From Azolla caroliniana (taxonomy: Eukaryota > Plantae > Polypodiophyta), in assembly GCA_043228905.1 (NCBI GenBank), contig JBHGNT010000006.1, forward strand, positions 13,888,001 to 13,952,000: a DNA stretch of 64,000 nucleotides, read 5' to 3'. The position numbers were made by a program, and so were the translations under genes. Shown here in pieces: positions 38,156 to 51,849 of the stretch (the first letter of the stretch is position 1; the number at the start of each line of letters is the position of its first letter). Under the pieces are notes generated by a model, which was not told where the DNA came from, did no database searches, and was given only the letters and a program-made list of their open reading frames with translations.

Positions 38156-41128
38156 GTGAAAGCAAGGAGCGAAAAGGTACGTAGTGGGCATTTAAGAGAC
38201 GCCACGCTACTTAATACTAAATTGGTACACGACGTGTGCATGCTCGAAAAAGGCGCCAAAACGCACAAAGAAGAAGCAGAACGCATGGAGACCTTTTCAT
38301 TTCGCGAGCCAAGAAGCACAGAAGCACCAAGACAGTGGAAGCTGAGCAAACGCGAACCTGCACGCAGAGAACCCCCACGTTCAGAACGCTCTCTCTCTCG
38401 TCCTCACTCTCATCACCACTCTACCTCGCCATCTTTCCTCAACCTCGAAGCAGACATGGAACCACAAACGTTGTCGGAAGCGGCCAGGAAATGGTTCAGG
38501 CAACACGGACTGGAGGGGTTCTTGGCCATCATGGAAGCACCACCGCACAGAGAAGCCGACCAGGTCATCAAGGAGCTCGACAAGGAAGTCATCACCGAGG
38601 AAGCGATCCGTGCGCTAACAGGCCTTCCGGAGGGAGGAATTTTTCAGATTGATAATCCAACCTCGGAGCAACTCACCCGATATTTCGGTGAGTACTCTGT
38701 TGCCGGCAAAGGCTATCGAACGCAGGGCGGCGAAGATCCGCTGTTCAGGGAGATAGCTCGAGTGCTCCATGAGTACGGCCACGTGTACCCCCGACCCCCT
38801 GTCATGCCAAAAAATCGGGCAGGGATGATCATAGCCACCTATGAAGGAACCAAGGTGGATTGGCCGGTGTTGATTGCAGACGGTTTGTGCGTGGCAATCG
38901 ACATGGTACGAGGAAAGGACGGCAAGGAGGGCCGGAAGCTGTGGCATGCCGTCGCTCAGTGGATAACATTGCTCGTGCCGCCGGTCGAGACCGTTCAGCC
39001 AAAGAAGCGGCCAAGAGTATCGGAAGGAAGCACCTCGAAGCCGGCGTCCAAACGACAGCAGCTGCTGGCATCGAAGGCGACGAAAGGGAAGAAACGGGTC
39101 CCAGATCCGGAGGAGGTGTCACCGGTCCGACCCGTCAAGATAACCATACGGAGACCGGGACAGAAGGAACCGGAACCCTTGACGGCACAGAAACATGCCG
39201 TGACACAGGAAGAGGAAACGGAGGAGCCAGAAGAGCACCTCCAACGACGGTCAAGAAGTAGGACCGCCGAGACAGGAGGGGAGCGGTCGTACCCGCGAGA
39301 GGCAGAAACGCCCCCAACTCAACCTGAGCAAACCACAAGGGAGGAACCGGAACCGGTGCGTAGGGAACCGGTCTTGTCGACTTCTGTAGAAGAAGTCAGT
39401 CCAACGCCTCCGGAGACGGCGAGAACCGGAACTCAACAGCCGGCGAGCCCAGCCAGCACACACGGCGGCCAAGGAGTAGAACCAGAACGGCATATGCAGG
39501 CACTTAGGCCAGACAACTCCACAGGGAATGAGCCGACCCGACTAGTACAGCAACAAGGCACCAGTAGCATGTGGCTACGGTGGGTAGGCGAGCAAATCGC
39601 CGGAGCGGTCGAGTATATAGAGGCGGAAGAGAGAGCGCACCAGGAACGGTTGCTCGTCACAACCGTAGATCTAGAGACGGCCCGGTCCAGAATCCGGAGC
39701 CTTGAACAAGACTTGGACAGGGTCACAAGGGAAATGGCTCAGTTCGCTTTGACAACACAAGTCCAAGCACCGGTGACTCCGGGCAATGTACAGAATAAAG
39801 TGTCAAATCAACCTGTACATAGCAATCAGACCCCGGCAACGGAAACCGTTCCGGAAAGAAATGCGGCACAAGCCCAAGAGCTTGCGGACTTAAAGGATGA
39901 GCTAGCTGCCCAAGAAGCGCTGAGGAGCCGTGAAAGAGAGTTGAAGACGGCAGCGGAGGCAGAACTCAAAAAGACTGCTGAGAATCTACGCCGAGTCGAG
40001 GAGACCTTACGGAAAGGCCACCAAGCGTACGACTGGCTCAAGGAGGAAAAGGAGAAAATGCTGCAAGAGAAGGACAGGCTCCGGAGGAACGCCGAAACAG
40101 AAGTAGAGCGCCTGAAAGAGGAACTCCGGTAGGTAAAGGACCGGGAAGACCGGAACCATCGCCAGATCAACGGCAAGCTCAAACAAAAAACAGAGGAATT
40201 TGAGAACTTGCACCGGGAATATAAACGGTTGCAAACGGAGCACAAGGAACGGACGGATGAGCTCCGGCAAGCAGTTGATCGGACCGCAACCGCATTCGCC
40301 AAGGAACAAGCGGAAAACAGAAGACGGTTGGAAGAGGCGGAGAAGGTTCGGACAGAGCTCCTCAGGCAACAGCAGGCGGAAAAAGAAAGAGCGGCGGAGG
40401 TACTGCAGAGGCTGCAAACGACATATCAAGGGCAGCTGACGCGCTACAGAGAGCAGGCGGAGGATACGGCAAATCTCATCAAGCAGTTGAAGGAGGAGCG
40501 ACAAGTGGTGGAAAGCAGAGCGCAAATGGGAGCAAGTCGCATCCAGGATATAATGCGGGCCTGGTTGAACCAGACCAAGAGCTTGATTGACAACGGTTCC
40601 GTCAAATGGTGGACCAAGTGGGCCACGAACGCGGCGGAACTCCAATTGCTCCGGGCCGACATAGAGAACCGGCGGAAGGAGGGGGATGATTGCTATATGC
40701 TGACTTCCGAAGACTTCACCGGCATAAGAGATGAGCTTGCCGAAGACTTTCAGGCCTTGGCAGATGACCAACTAGGGCAGGTCCGGCAACTTGTAGCTCA
40801 GCTGGACGACGACAGGCTGGAGGCGCAGATCCAGTTTGAAAGCTACGAGAGGTCCCGGATCCGGGGAGAGAAAGAACGAGAACCGGTTATGGTCAACCTC
40901 AGTGATGAGGAACCGTTACTGGAAGGAGACCGGACCGGAAGCAGTCAAACGGAGCAGCCGGAGTCAGCGAAACAAACGGAGCAGCAGCAGCAAGCAGAGC
41001 AGCCGGAGCAGCCTCAGTCCCAACCTCAACCACAGCAGCAGCAGCAAGCACAGCCGCAACAACCACAACCGGAAGAACAAGTGGAAATTCTTGAACAAAG
41101 TATTTTGGACAATTTGGGTGAACAATGA
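38156..41128 (+). CDS. Extra ORF downstream of pol: globular N-terminus, disordered middle, long coiled coil and Q-rich tail; one in-frame TAG at 40130
   Basis: ORFs 38156-40132 and 40208-41128 are in the same frame. The likely start is MEPQTL at 38457. No obvious transmembrane segment. Confidence 0.75.
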
Positions 41129-41637
41129 AGGGGCCGAGAAGGGTTCGACGTACAAGGTACTGTCCCACGGGCGTGCCATGTGTTACCGGCCGGCAAGGAG
41201 TCCAAAATACGGAGTGAAGGAATTAATTAAGTATGGTTGTAATAAGCATAGTGTGGACGGACGGACTAGAAACGGTATGCCGTTCCAGATCCGGACGGAT
41301 CCCGAATAGGTGCGAGAGGCACCGTTTTGTACTACGGGCCGGAAACCTATTTAAAGGCCCGGACCCCATTGTAATCACAGCGGATAATTAATAGAGTTTA
41401 TGATGTTTATACTTCTGTCTTGATTTCCGTTCTGTAATTACTGTTATATCTTACGCGTGTAATTAACCAAAGCATTCTAATCGTGTAACTTACGTAAGTT
41501 GGTGTAATCGTTGAATCTGAATCCTATGCCATAATCACCCTTTGGTGAAGTGTCTCCGTGACACCTTGTGTTAGGCCTTGTCCGGCTAAGCGAATAACAA
41601 TAAGCATCACATACCTTTGTTGAGCTTGCTCTCAACA

Positions 41638-42774
41638 CATCCTTCGGCCGCGTGACGGGCCTCCACTGCCCTTCGTGCTTGTGTGATTTGGAGATCCCGC
41701 ACCATCTTGGTCAACTCGTCCAACATTGCGCCCCTGGCCGGCCCGCCAACCACGGCACCCAGAACCGTTCCTGATTCCATCCACTGCCTTGTCTCGTCCG
41801 GTTGCGGCAAAGCAACCTCTCCCTGTTTCATGTGTACCATCGGCGCGGCCACAGTCTCCCCTTCATTCGTCCAGTTTCGCCGCTTGACGAAGCAGCCTCA
41901 AACCCTCTTTACCACGGCCCAATCAGCCGTACATCCATCATCGGTTTCGAGATGAAGGCCTACCTTCTCTTGGTCCTCCTCATCGACCGACTTGATCAAC
42001 AACAGAACCTTGCTTGTATCGAGCACTATCTGATCTAGCACCGAGAGACGAGTGAACCTCGTTCCGAACTCTTGGAGGAGGTCCTTCGTGTTTCTCCTCT
42101 TTCTTGGGCTTTCAACCCACTCCATGAATTCATGCTTCGACAATCGGAGGGAGTCATCAAACCCAAATCATTCCAGAAGTCATTCCTCAAACTCCGCCCA
42201 ACTTCTACACACTGTCTATACCTTGAGGACCTCCACGTGGATGGTAGGCATCACCACTCGTGGGAATCCGTAGAGCCCCCGCTCTTCCGGAATATCCCTC
42301 ATTATCATCTCCGCCCTATAGGCCTCCAGTTATTTCGTCATATATTTTCCATTGAACCGGCCTATCGTTCCGACTATCGCTTCAATAGCCCTAGCGAGGG
42401 TACCCGTACCCTCCCGCGCACTCACTATGCAATCGACGGATGCCGCCATCACCTTTGTCAACTCCCTTCCCCTCATCCTCAGACTCCATTACCTCCTTTC
42501 ACATCGGATTCACCAAATTATGTCACGGCATTCTGCATCTGCTTGTAGGATCTTCGGCAAGACCGCGGGGACCCTGGACCATGGAGTGCAGGAAGTGAGA
42601 AGAGAGCTTGTCACGGTTTGCCGGCCAGTCTCCGAATATCTAATAATGAGTACGGCAACCCGGATGTGACTATGCATTGTCTCTCTCGGAGGATCTCAGA
42701 GTTGGTGTGATGGTATCAGGACACCGAGGGAGACCCGAACCCAAGATATACACGGATAGCGATCGAATGAATGG

Positions 42775-42813
<39 letters not shown>

Positions 42814-43406
42814 CCCAAATCAAGGAGACACACGGGTAACAATTGAATGAATAGATCAAAATAGATAGATTACAACCAGCCTGGCCTGTAATAGAGTACA
42901 ACCAGCCTGTCGGCATGGCCGCCAAACAACAACCCACTCCCACACACACCCACACAAGCACACACATCGATTCCACAAGGAGCCTCTGTCAGGAGCTCAC
43001 GGGCTTCCTACGCAATCAGAGGCTTCCAACACGAACCCAACACGAAGACACCCAAAGAGTGAGATCAGGACCCAAACCGACAACAATCCCCTCTCCAAAA
43101 ACGCGGATCCCTCCTCAGTCCTCTCTCCCTCCTTTTATAGGCCAAGGGGACAGTGGGTCGTTACATCAAGTAGTTAAACCGGCCACTTCGGACAGATATT
43201 TTCCTCTATATTCCACAAACTCCCATATTCCACTCTATCCATGCGGAACTTTAAAGTACCTATTAAATCCTAGTCCCTAGCACTTACTAGTCCTACGTTA
43301 TTTACATGTGTTTATAGATAAAGGCATATTTGAGTGCATCAATGCACACCCTCGTTCACGCACATTTGGGCCCTCATTCCTCTAGCAACTAGAATTCTCC
43401 ACGACA
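41638..43406 (-). mobile_element. Ty3/gypsy element B, proximal part (degenerate gag and 5' LTR at about 42706-43406)
   Basis: gag fragments at 41607-42143. The LTR-like block has a GA tract and ends in ...ccacgaca, like the LTR end at 22594; copia RT sequence resumes immediately after. The inner LTR boundary is uncertain. Confidence 0.7.
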
Positions 43407-45179
43407 ACGTGCAGACCCACAGAATCGATTATGACAAGATCTTCACACCAATGGCGAAGATGACAACAGTCCATGTGGTGTTGGCAGTAGCAGCGGAAAG
43501 GGGGTGGCATCTCCATCAAATGGACGTAAAGAACACATTTCTTCAAGGGGATCTTGAAGAACAGGTATTTATGGTCCAACCCCAAGGTTTTCAGTCGAAG
43601 CTGAACAAGTCAGTAGTTTGTCGGTTGAGGAAGTTACTTTACGGCCTCAAGGATGGCTACATGCTTGGAACTCAAAAATCACGCAATGTCTGCATAAGTT
43701 GGGGTTTCAAGTTTCGAAGTCCGACTCTTCCTTGTTCATCCAGAAAGTTCCAAATGGTCTGGTTTGCATCTTGTTGTATGTGGACGATGACCCAGTTGTC
43801 ACTAGCCCCAACTTTGCTTAAAATAGTCGGGTAAAGTCCCCATTGTCAGAAGCATTTGAAATGGAGGATTTAGGGGACCTTCATTATTTCCTCTGAATTG
43901 AAGTGATCCATGCCCCCGATGACATACTACTAAATTAATGACACTACACCTTGAATATGTTGTATAGATTCAACATGAAGAATTGCCAATCCGTCCCCAC
44001 TCCTCTTGTCAATCGAAACCTCAAGCTTCGCCATGACTTGGAAGCGTCCTGGGATGCGAACCAGTTCCGACAAATTGTCAGTAGCCAAATATACTTAAGC
44101 ATCACCTAACATGATCTCAGGTATTTGGTCGGCATGGTAAGTCAGTTTATGTAGAGACTAACACTCGAGTACCTTCAGTGCGCACACTGGATATTGAGAT
44201 ATGTGAGCGGCACGAAGGATCGTGGACTGTTGTATCTCCATGGCATATCCGAATAGTTGGTCGACTACACAGATGTCTATTGAGCGGAGACACCAAGGAT
44301 CACTGGTTGACATCATGCTTTATGTTTTCCCTTGGGAGCACGGCGATAGCATCAAGCAGTAAGAAGCAACCGATTGTGGCCCTATCAGATTGGAATCAGA
44401 GTGGGGATCTACGAGTCGAAGTCCCCATTCTGATCCGATCTACTGTGACAACATTAGTAGCATGCAGCTAGCAAAGAACCCCGTATTCCATGCTCATACA
44501 AAGCACATAAAAGTGCATTACCATTTTGTGCGCAAGCAGGTCCTATATAGTGAAGTTGAACTCCAGTATGTTCAAATTGATCAAAGGGTTTCCGACATCT
44601 TCACCAGGGCACTCGGGCTACTAGACAAGTTGCAACACTTTTCAGAGATGCTTGGGCTACAACATCTTGACATGCCACACTTGAGGGGGAAAACTATTAG
44701 AAAAGATGGGATAGTTGGAGAGGAGAACAAAGGAAACGAGCCAGAGAAAAAGCCAGACAAAAACAAGAGGAGAGCCGAACATGAAGTCAAAACGTCCAAA
44801 AGAGCCGGAGGAAGCGGCAGAGGGAAGAAGGACAAAGCTGACCGGAAAAAGAAGGCTAGGACCAAGACATGGGTGGATGTGGTCAAAGGCCAGAAGGAAG
44901 GTGAATCAGAGATAGAAGATTTGGCCAAGAAGTTAGATTCGGGAGAGCCAAGTCGTATGAAGGCCAAGTTGACGTGAGGGCAGCAAGGCCGACACTGAAA
45001 TGAAGGAGTAAACGGGTCAAAGGGTGCCAATACAATGACAGTGAGGGAGCTGAGAAGGGCCTAACGATCAGAAAAACCAATTGTAAGGGTCGAGGTGCGT
45101 GGATCTAGACGAGTCAAGTTGCGTTAGACGTGAGGGGTCAGGGGATGTGGAACCGGGCTGGACATGGAGCGCGAGCCAG

Positions 45180-45717
45180 GCAGGAGAACGTCGGGAGGAG
45201 TCAGTCACAAGGATCGGCTACATTTGACATGACGGATTTGTTGAGCGGCAAGCTCAATCGGATCCGGATCGGCTGAATAAGCCTGAGCCGGATCAACATC
45301 CGAAAGGATGAGCCAGATCGGTGAGCCGGTGAGCAAGTGGGCCGGTGAGCTGGGGAACCGGTTAGCTGGATCAAACAGTAACCGGAAGCCTAGTAGTAGC
45401 CTAGACTACTAGTTAGTTAATAGTCTTGTAGTTAGTGTCAGACGCTTAGGCAGGAGAACGTCGGGAGGAGTCAGTCACAAGGATCGGCTACATTTGACAT
45501 GACGGATTTGTTGAGCGGCAAGCTCAATCGGATCCGGATCGGCTGAATAAACTTGAGCCGGATCAACATCCGAAAGGATGAGCTAGATTGGTGAGCCTGT
45601 GAGCAAGTGGGCCGGTGAGCTGGGGAACCGGTTAGCTGGATCAAACAGTAACCGGAAGCCTAGTAGTAGCCTAGACTACTAGTTAGTTAATAGTCTCTTA
45701 GTTAGTGTCAGACGCTC
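45180..45717. repeat. 270-bp tandem duplication spanning the copia C / copia E 5' junction
   Basis: gcaggagaacgtcgggagg...gtgtcagacgct occurs at 45180 and again at 45450. Confidence 0.92.
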
Positions 45718-48700
45718 CAGTGAGCATTGAAGTACGTGGTACTTCTATCAGTCCTCTTAAGGACTTGTAGAAATAGTGTTGTTGAGCACGTTTTAGGTAC
45801 AGACAACAATTATTGTTTTGTAATAGATTTAAATTGTTCTGCTCTTTTTCTGTCTCTCTCGTGTACTACAAAGCTTTCCATTAAACCCGTGTTTCTGTGT
45901 TCAGTTTTATACTTGCTTCCGCACATAATCTTTTGCATGGTATCAAAGCGCGAGGGTTGAGAACCTCTGCAGTCGACATAGCTTGAAAGGAAAACAAACC
46001 AAGAAGAAGAACAGGTAAAACCGATGGATAGAGGCATGGCTAGCTAGCTTCCGACGGAGAAGCTCGACAGATCCAACTACGCATCTTGGTCATACCATAT
46101 GCACCAGTACCTGCTTGGGCATGGGTACTAGAGCTATGTCGACGGAGCTAACGACACAACAGCTGATGCGGCACACAAGGACTTCCCAGTGTGGGAACAA
46201 GCGGCAAGCAGAGTGATGTACTGCTTCGCGTCCAGTGTCGGAGACCAGCTGCTAAGCCATATCCGAGATGCCAAAACGTCAAAAGAAGCTTGGGGGAACC
46301 TGAAGAAGGTTTTCGCCGCAAGCACAACGGCCAGGAAGCTACAACTTAGGCAGGAGTGAGCAGCAATGTCTGACAGAAAAATCTGTCTGTGGCCGATTAC
46401 ACATCCCGAATCAAGGAAATTTGTGACTCACTTGCCTCCGTCAATGTGAACATCGAGGAGGATGAGATGGTGCAAGTGTGCCTTGGTGGGCTAGCGTCCA
46501 GGTTCGGAACTTTCCAAATGGCGGTCTGTACGAGGGAGAATACGCCGTCATTTTTCGACTTACAGTCGATGCTCCTTGTAGAGGAGAACCACGCCGGTGC
46601 ATCAACAAGTGCACCCACCAATAGCCGGATGCTATACACGGAGGCGGATCGACTCGCAATGGTCGCGGCCGGCAAGAGCAGGACCAAAGGCACAGAGAAT
46701 GTGCGGACAGCAATTCCGGACCCTCCACAAGCAGGGGGAGTCAAGGCGGCGCCGGAGGCCGGCAAGCAAAGGCTGACACGAAATTCTAGTATTGTGGTAA
46801 AAAGGGCCACAGAGAAAGTGAGTGCTGGAAGAAGCGTGCCGATTCGGACAGATCCGGATCCGGCAAGGCTGGTAGAGAGAACTGGCACTACGCAGGAGGA
46901 TCGGGAGGATCCAAAACCGGAAAAGCCGGTAAAGGGCCAGCCTTGGTGATGAAACACGAGCCTAACTCGATGAAGAAGACCACTTCCAAGTCGGAGGAAG
47001 TGTGGTGTGTTGATTCTGGTGCATCAAATCACATGACAAGCCACAAAGAGTGGTTCTCTTTTGTGGAGAAACCGGAACAACCAAGAGTTGTCGAAACCGG
47101 AGACGACACTCCTCACCAAATCGTGCGTGTCGGAGAAGTCCCTTTGAGCCACGTCGGACAGAGGGGGAAGGAGAGAGGGGGAAGGAGATGAACGTATTAC
47201 ACGTTCCGACCATCACAAAAACCGGGTGTCGATTGGACAGATTGTCAACCAGGGGATGCAGGTGCGGTTTATACCTCGGGTGCTTCATCGAGGAAGAGGA
47301 CCAAGTCATTGTGCAGGGGCGCAAAGACGGGAGGACGTTCATCCTCGAAACCAATGACGTCGGCACCGCTTTGTTCGCCAAAGGACAGAAGGTCGAATCG
47401 GACATCGACCCGTGGCACAAGCGGATCGGCCACATCAATTACCAAAGGCTTCAAGACTTGCAAACGAAAAAAGTTGTTTTCGGTTTGCCGAAGTTTAGTG
47501 GCCAAAAGGCCCAAGTATGTGAAGCCTGCCAACTCATGAAGCAACACCGGCTTTCATTCCCCACTGAACGAAACCGTAGCCGTAACAAGCTTGACCTTAT
47601 TCATTCGGATGTATGGGGACTGGCACAAACGTGAGTCTTGGCGGGAGTCGATATTTCGTCTCCTTCATCGACGACTACAGCCGCCACACATGGATCTACC
47701 TCATTGAGCGGAAGAGCGAAGTCTTCGAGTGTTTCCAGAACCTGCAAAGCTTGGTTGAACAGGAAACGGAGAGGAAGATCAAGTTGATGCGGTCAGATGG
47801 CGGAAAAGAATATTTTTCCGGCCAATTCAACAGTTATCTGCAACAAAAAGGAATTCAGAGAGAGTTCCGCTGCAAATACACACCGGAGCAAAACGGTGTG
47901 GCCGAAAGGAAGAACTGGTCGATTTTCGACGCGGCAAGGGTAATGCTGGAGGAGAAGAGCATGCCCCATTTCCATTGGGCGGAGGTGGTCCGGACGGTTG
48001 TCTATATCCAAAACCAGATCGGCGACAAGGTGTCAGCACATGAGCTATATTTCGGGTGCAAGCGGAATTGGCGACACCTTCGGATATTCGGTAGCATTGC
48101 ATATGTGCATGTGCCGGATGAGAAGCGGAGGAAGTTGGATGCAAAGTCGGAGAAATGCATCCTGTTGGTTACTCGCATGAACAAAAGGGGTATAAGTGTT
48201 ATAACTCCCGGACGAAGCAGGTCCGAGTTAGCCGAGATGTTGAGTTTGATGAAACGATATCATGGTATGCCTTACCGGCTCCGACTTCCGACACTAGAGG
48301 ATGAGGCTAGTGAGCCTGAACTAGTCCAGATAGAAGATGAAGACCTCGGCACTCTAGAAGAGAGTCTGATCTCATTTCGGTTAAGTGGACCGAATGAACG
48401 GCTGAGTTAGGATGACCAGTCAAATGAGGAACCGGCGAGTAGTGGAGACTCTATCGTGCTCTCCCTACACAAGGAACCGAGGAGACGGTTCACTCACAAA
48501 GAGAAGGGGAAGAAGAAGATGCCGTAATACGAAACCGGCAACGTTGAGTCGGATCGCAACGAATCCAACTCTGGGAAGGATGAAGGCAGATCTTCGGCAA
48601 CAAAGTCCGCACTGGCCAAGAAGGGCCTCAAATCGGGTAACGATAAGTTATGCCGGTCTTCTTGTCAGAAGAACCCCGTAAAGCGGTACGGGTACAATGA

Positions 48701-51312
48701 ATACATGGCGCATCACTATGCGTACATGACCAAGGTGGCAAAAGTGCGTGAGCCGGAGAGCTACGCAGAAGCGGCAAAGGACGCAAATTGGCGGGCCGCT
48801 ATGGAGGAAGAAATGCGGGCACTTGATGCCAACGACATGGGGGACCTAGTTGACCCTCCCCGACATTGTAAACCGATCGGATGTAAGTAGGTGTACAAAG
48901 TAAAGTACAATGACAACGGATCGGTTAACCGGTACAAGTCCTGGTTAGTGGCAAAGGGATACACGCAGACCCACGGAATTGACTACGACGAGACCTTCGC
49001 TCCAGTAGCGAAGATCACGACAGTTCGTGTGGTTCTGGCGGTTGCTGCGGCAAGGGAGTGGCATCTTCACCAGATGGACGTGAAGAATGCATTTCTTCAA
49101 GGTGATCTTGAAGAAGAGGTCTTTATGACCAAACCTCCTGGTTTCCAGGCGGAGATGAACAAGTCAGTTGTATGCCGGCTGAAGAAGTCACTTTATGACC
49201 TGAAGCAAGCCCCCCGAGCTTGGAATGCCAAGATCACGCAAAGGTTGCGTAAGATGAGGTTTGTGGCCTCCAAGTCTGACTCTTCGTTGTTCATCCGGCA
49301 AGGTCCGGATGGTCCGGTATGCATCTTGTTGTATGTTGATGATCTAGTCATCACCGAACCCGGCCTCGATGAAATCAGTCGAGTCAAGTCCCAGCTGTCA
49401 GACGCATTTGCGATGAAGGACCTGGTGGACCTTCACTACTTCCTTGGGATCGAGGTGATCCGAACCCCCGACGGCATATTGCTCTCACAGAGACACTATG
49501 TGTTGAATATGTTGTACAAGTTCGGCATGATAGAATGCCGACCTATCTCTACACCCCTGAACCGGAACCAGAAGCTCCGTCCCGACTCCGGACTGGCATG
49601 CGATGAGAAACAATTCCGACAAATCGTCGGAAGCCTTATGTATTTGAAAATCACCCGACCCGACATCAGTTATCCGGTTGGCGTAATCAGCCAGTATATG
49701 AAGAAGCCGACCGTGGAGCACCTTCTGTGTGCGCATTGAATTTTGCGATATGTGAGCGGCACAAAGGAATGGGGATTGTTATACCGGCATGGTATAACCG
49801 AATAGCTAGTCGGCTACACTGATGTCGACTAGGCCGCCGATGCATCGGATCATCGATCCACCTCCGGCTACATGTTTTCCCTTCGTAGCGTAGCTGTTGC
49901 GTGGAGCAGCAAAAAGCAGCCAACAATGGCCCTTTCGAGCACTGAGGCTGAATACCGAGGCGCTACCGTTGCCACCTGTGAAGCCATTTGGCTTCAGCGA
50001 CTGCTGCGAAACCTGCGGATCGAGGTGCCGACCCCGATCCTGATCTACTGCGACAACATAAGCAGCATGCAGTTCGCCAAGAACCCCGTATTCCATGCTC
50101 GCAGAAAGCACAGGGAAGTGCACTACCACTTCATGCGTGAGCGTGTCTTGAGTGGTGAAGTCGAACTTCGGTATGTTCATATGGATCGGCAGGTTGCCGA
50201 CATCTTCACCAAACCGCTCGGATTGGACAAGTTGCAGCACTTCACCGAAATGCTTGGTGTTTAGCATCTCGATGTGCCACACTTGAAAGGGAGAACAGCC
50301 AAAGACACGGGAACCAGCAAAGGCAAAGAGACTGCCGATTGCGTCGGTGAGGGTAGAAAGGATAGAGGGAGAGACAAGAAGAAGAAAGGAGCCGAGACAA
50401 CAAAGGAAGTTAACACATCCAAACAAGTCAGAACAGGCAGCAAAGTCAAAAAGGACAGAGCCAACTAGAAGAAGAAGGCCAAGACCCGGACATGATCTGA
50501 TGTGGTGAAGGGCCTGGAACCGGAAGACGAATCGGGATTGACCGATTCGGACAAGAGTTGGAACGAATTGGAGACAGCCGATTTGGTTCTACAAACGGAT
50601 TCAGAAGAACCGGATCAATTCAAGGCCAAGAGGACGAGAAGGCTGCAAAAGTTGACACCAACACGAAGGAATCGGCGAGTCGACAAGCACCAAAGTCACA
50701 GCAGCGAGGGAGCATATTTGGGCCTACTACGCAGACAAGCCGACCGAGGAGGTCGAGATGCGCAGAAACGAAAGGGTTGCGGCAAACGGGACCAGACCAA
50801 ACGAGGAGTGTGAGCGAGGAGGAGTGACACCAAAAGGAGCCGGGTGGAAGGACCGACTGCCATGGAGACTGACACTACAATCCGACCTCAAGTTGAGCTT
50901 GAGGGGGAGTGTTGAGAGGCAAGCTCAATCGGATCCGGATCGGCTGAGCCGGATCGGCATCCGGAAGGATGAGCCGGATCGGTGAGCCGGTGAGCTGGGG
51001 AGCCGGTTATCTGGATCAAACAATAACTGGAAGCCTAGTAGTAGCCTAGACTACTAGGTAGTTAATAGTCTCGTAGTTAGTGTTAGACGCTTGAGTGAGC
51101 ATTGAAGTACGCGATACTTCTGTCAGTCCTCTTAAGGACTTGTATAAATAGTGTTGTTGAGCACGTTTAATGTATAGAGAACTATTATTGTTTTGTAACA
51201 GATTTAAGTTGTTCTTCTCTTTCTCTATCTCTCCCGCATACTACAAAGCTTTCCATTAAACCTGTGTTTCTGTGTTCGGTTTTATACTTGCTTCCACACA
51301 TAATCTTTTGCA
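45509..51312 (+). mobile_element. Ty1/copia element E (same family as D), degenerate
   Basis: LTRs 45509-45937 and 50910-51312, PBS tggtatca at 45938, PPT gagggggag, TSD ggatt/agatt (4 of 5 match). gag-PR-IN-RT-RH fragments carry many stops. Confidence 0.9.
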
Positions 51313-51849
51313 AGATTGACCTCAAGTTGGGCTTGATGGGGACTGTTGAGCGAGCAAGCTCAACATGGGCCAAACAAGGTGGATAAGCAGGCAGGCCACA
51401 CCGGAATCGATGTGGTTTGCTAGGCTCACTGAATTCCATGCCGGATGCCGGATTGGCTGAAGAAGCCAGATGCCAGATCCGGATGACGGATCCAAATTGG
51501 TTGACGAAGCGTTTGCGAAAGCCGTCGAGAACATTACATATGTCGAGTAGACCTGTTTTGTTAAATAGGTTCAACGTAGGCAGTTACTGTAAGATGTTCT
51601 TTTAAGAGTATTGAAATACATGTCAGTACTTCATAACTACCCTGACAGATGGTCGTGTATATATAAAGTGCACTTAAGCACTGTGTAATTACTGAGCATT
51701 TTGTAATAGAAGGTTTATTGTTGTCTACTCCACTCTCTCTCTCTCTCTCTCCCCTTGTACTTTGTACTTGTTGTTAATGAACTGTTTCATTCAATTTCGG
51801 GATAACCGAGTGACTGTCGGTTCATAAGTTTTCGTATTTTACTTTTTAC

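Larger units (their letters stand above)
31736..41599 (+). mobile_element. Young, nearly intact Ty3/gypsy element with an extra 3' ORF, inserted in the 5' LTR of copia A
   Basis: 419-bp LTRs at 31736-32154 and 41181-41599 (three substitutions seen by eye), TSD ATAAG, PBS-like tggcgaccac at 32161. Confidence 0.96.
10104..41637 (-). mobile_element. Ty1/copia element A, full-length but degenerate, host of three nested insertions
   Basis: 3' LTR 10104-10495 with PPT (agggggag on the minus strand). 5' LTR 31360-41637 is split by a gypsy element, with a PBS-like tggtataa. RNase H/RT at 10514-12100, integrase at 12100-13270 and 23376-23600, gag at 23900-24212 and 30200-30830. TSD degenerate (cggcc/catcc). 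Confidence 0.85.
43407..51789 (+). mobile_element. Ty1/copia element C, 3' half (old degenerate RT-RH, 3' UTR interrupted by copia E, 3' LTR about 51344-51789)
   Basis: RT and RH fragments at 43407-44977 (QMDVKN, YVDD, KHIKVHYHF). The PPT region and a tgttgag LTR start resume at 51318-51344. The LTR end is approximate. Confidence 0.75.

Noticed and set aside
38156-41128. Retroviral envelope gene
   Set aside because: No signal peptide or transmembrane segment is evident; the protein is hydrophilic and coiled-coil.
42711-42720. tggtatcagg as a tRNA-Met PBS of a plus-strand element
   Set aside because: It is not preceded by an LTR ending in CA, and the surrounding element is on the minus strand.
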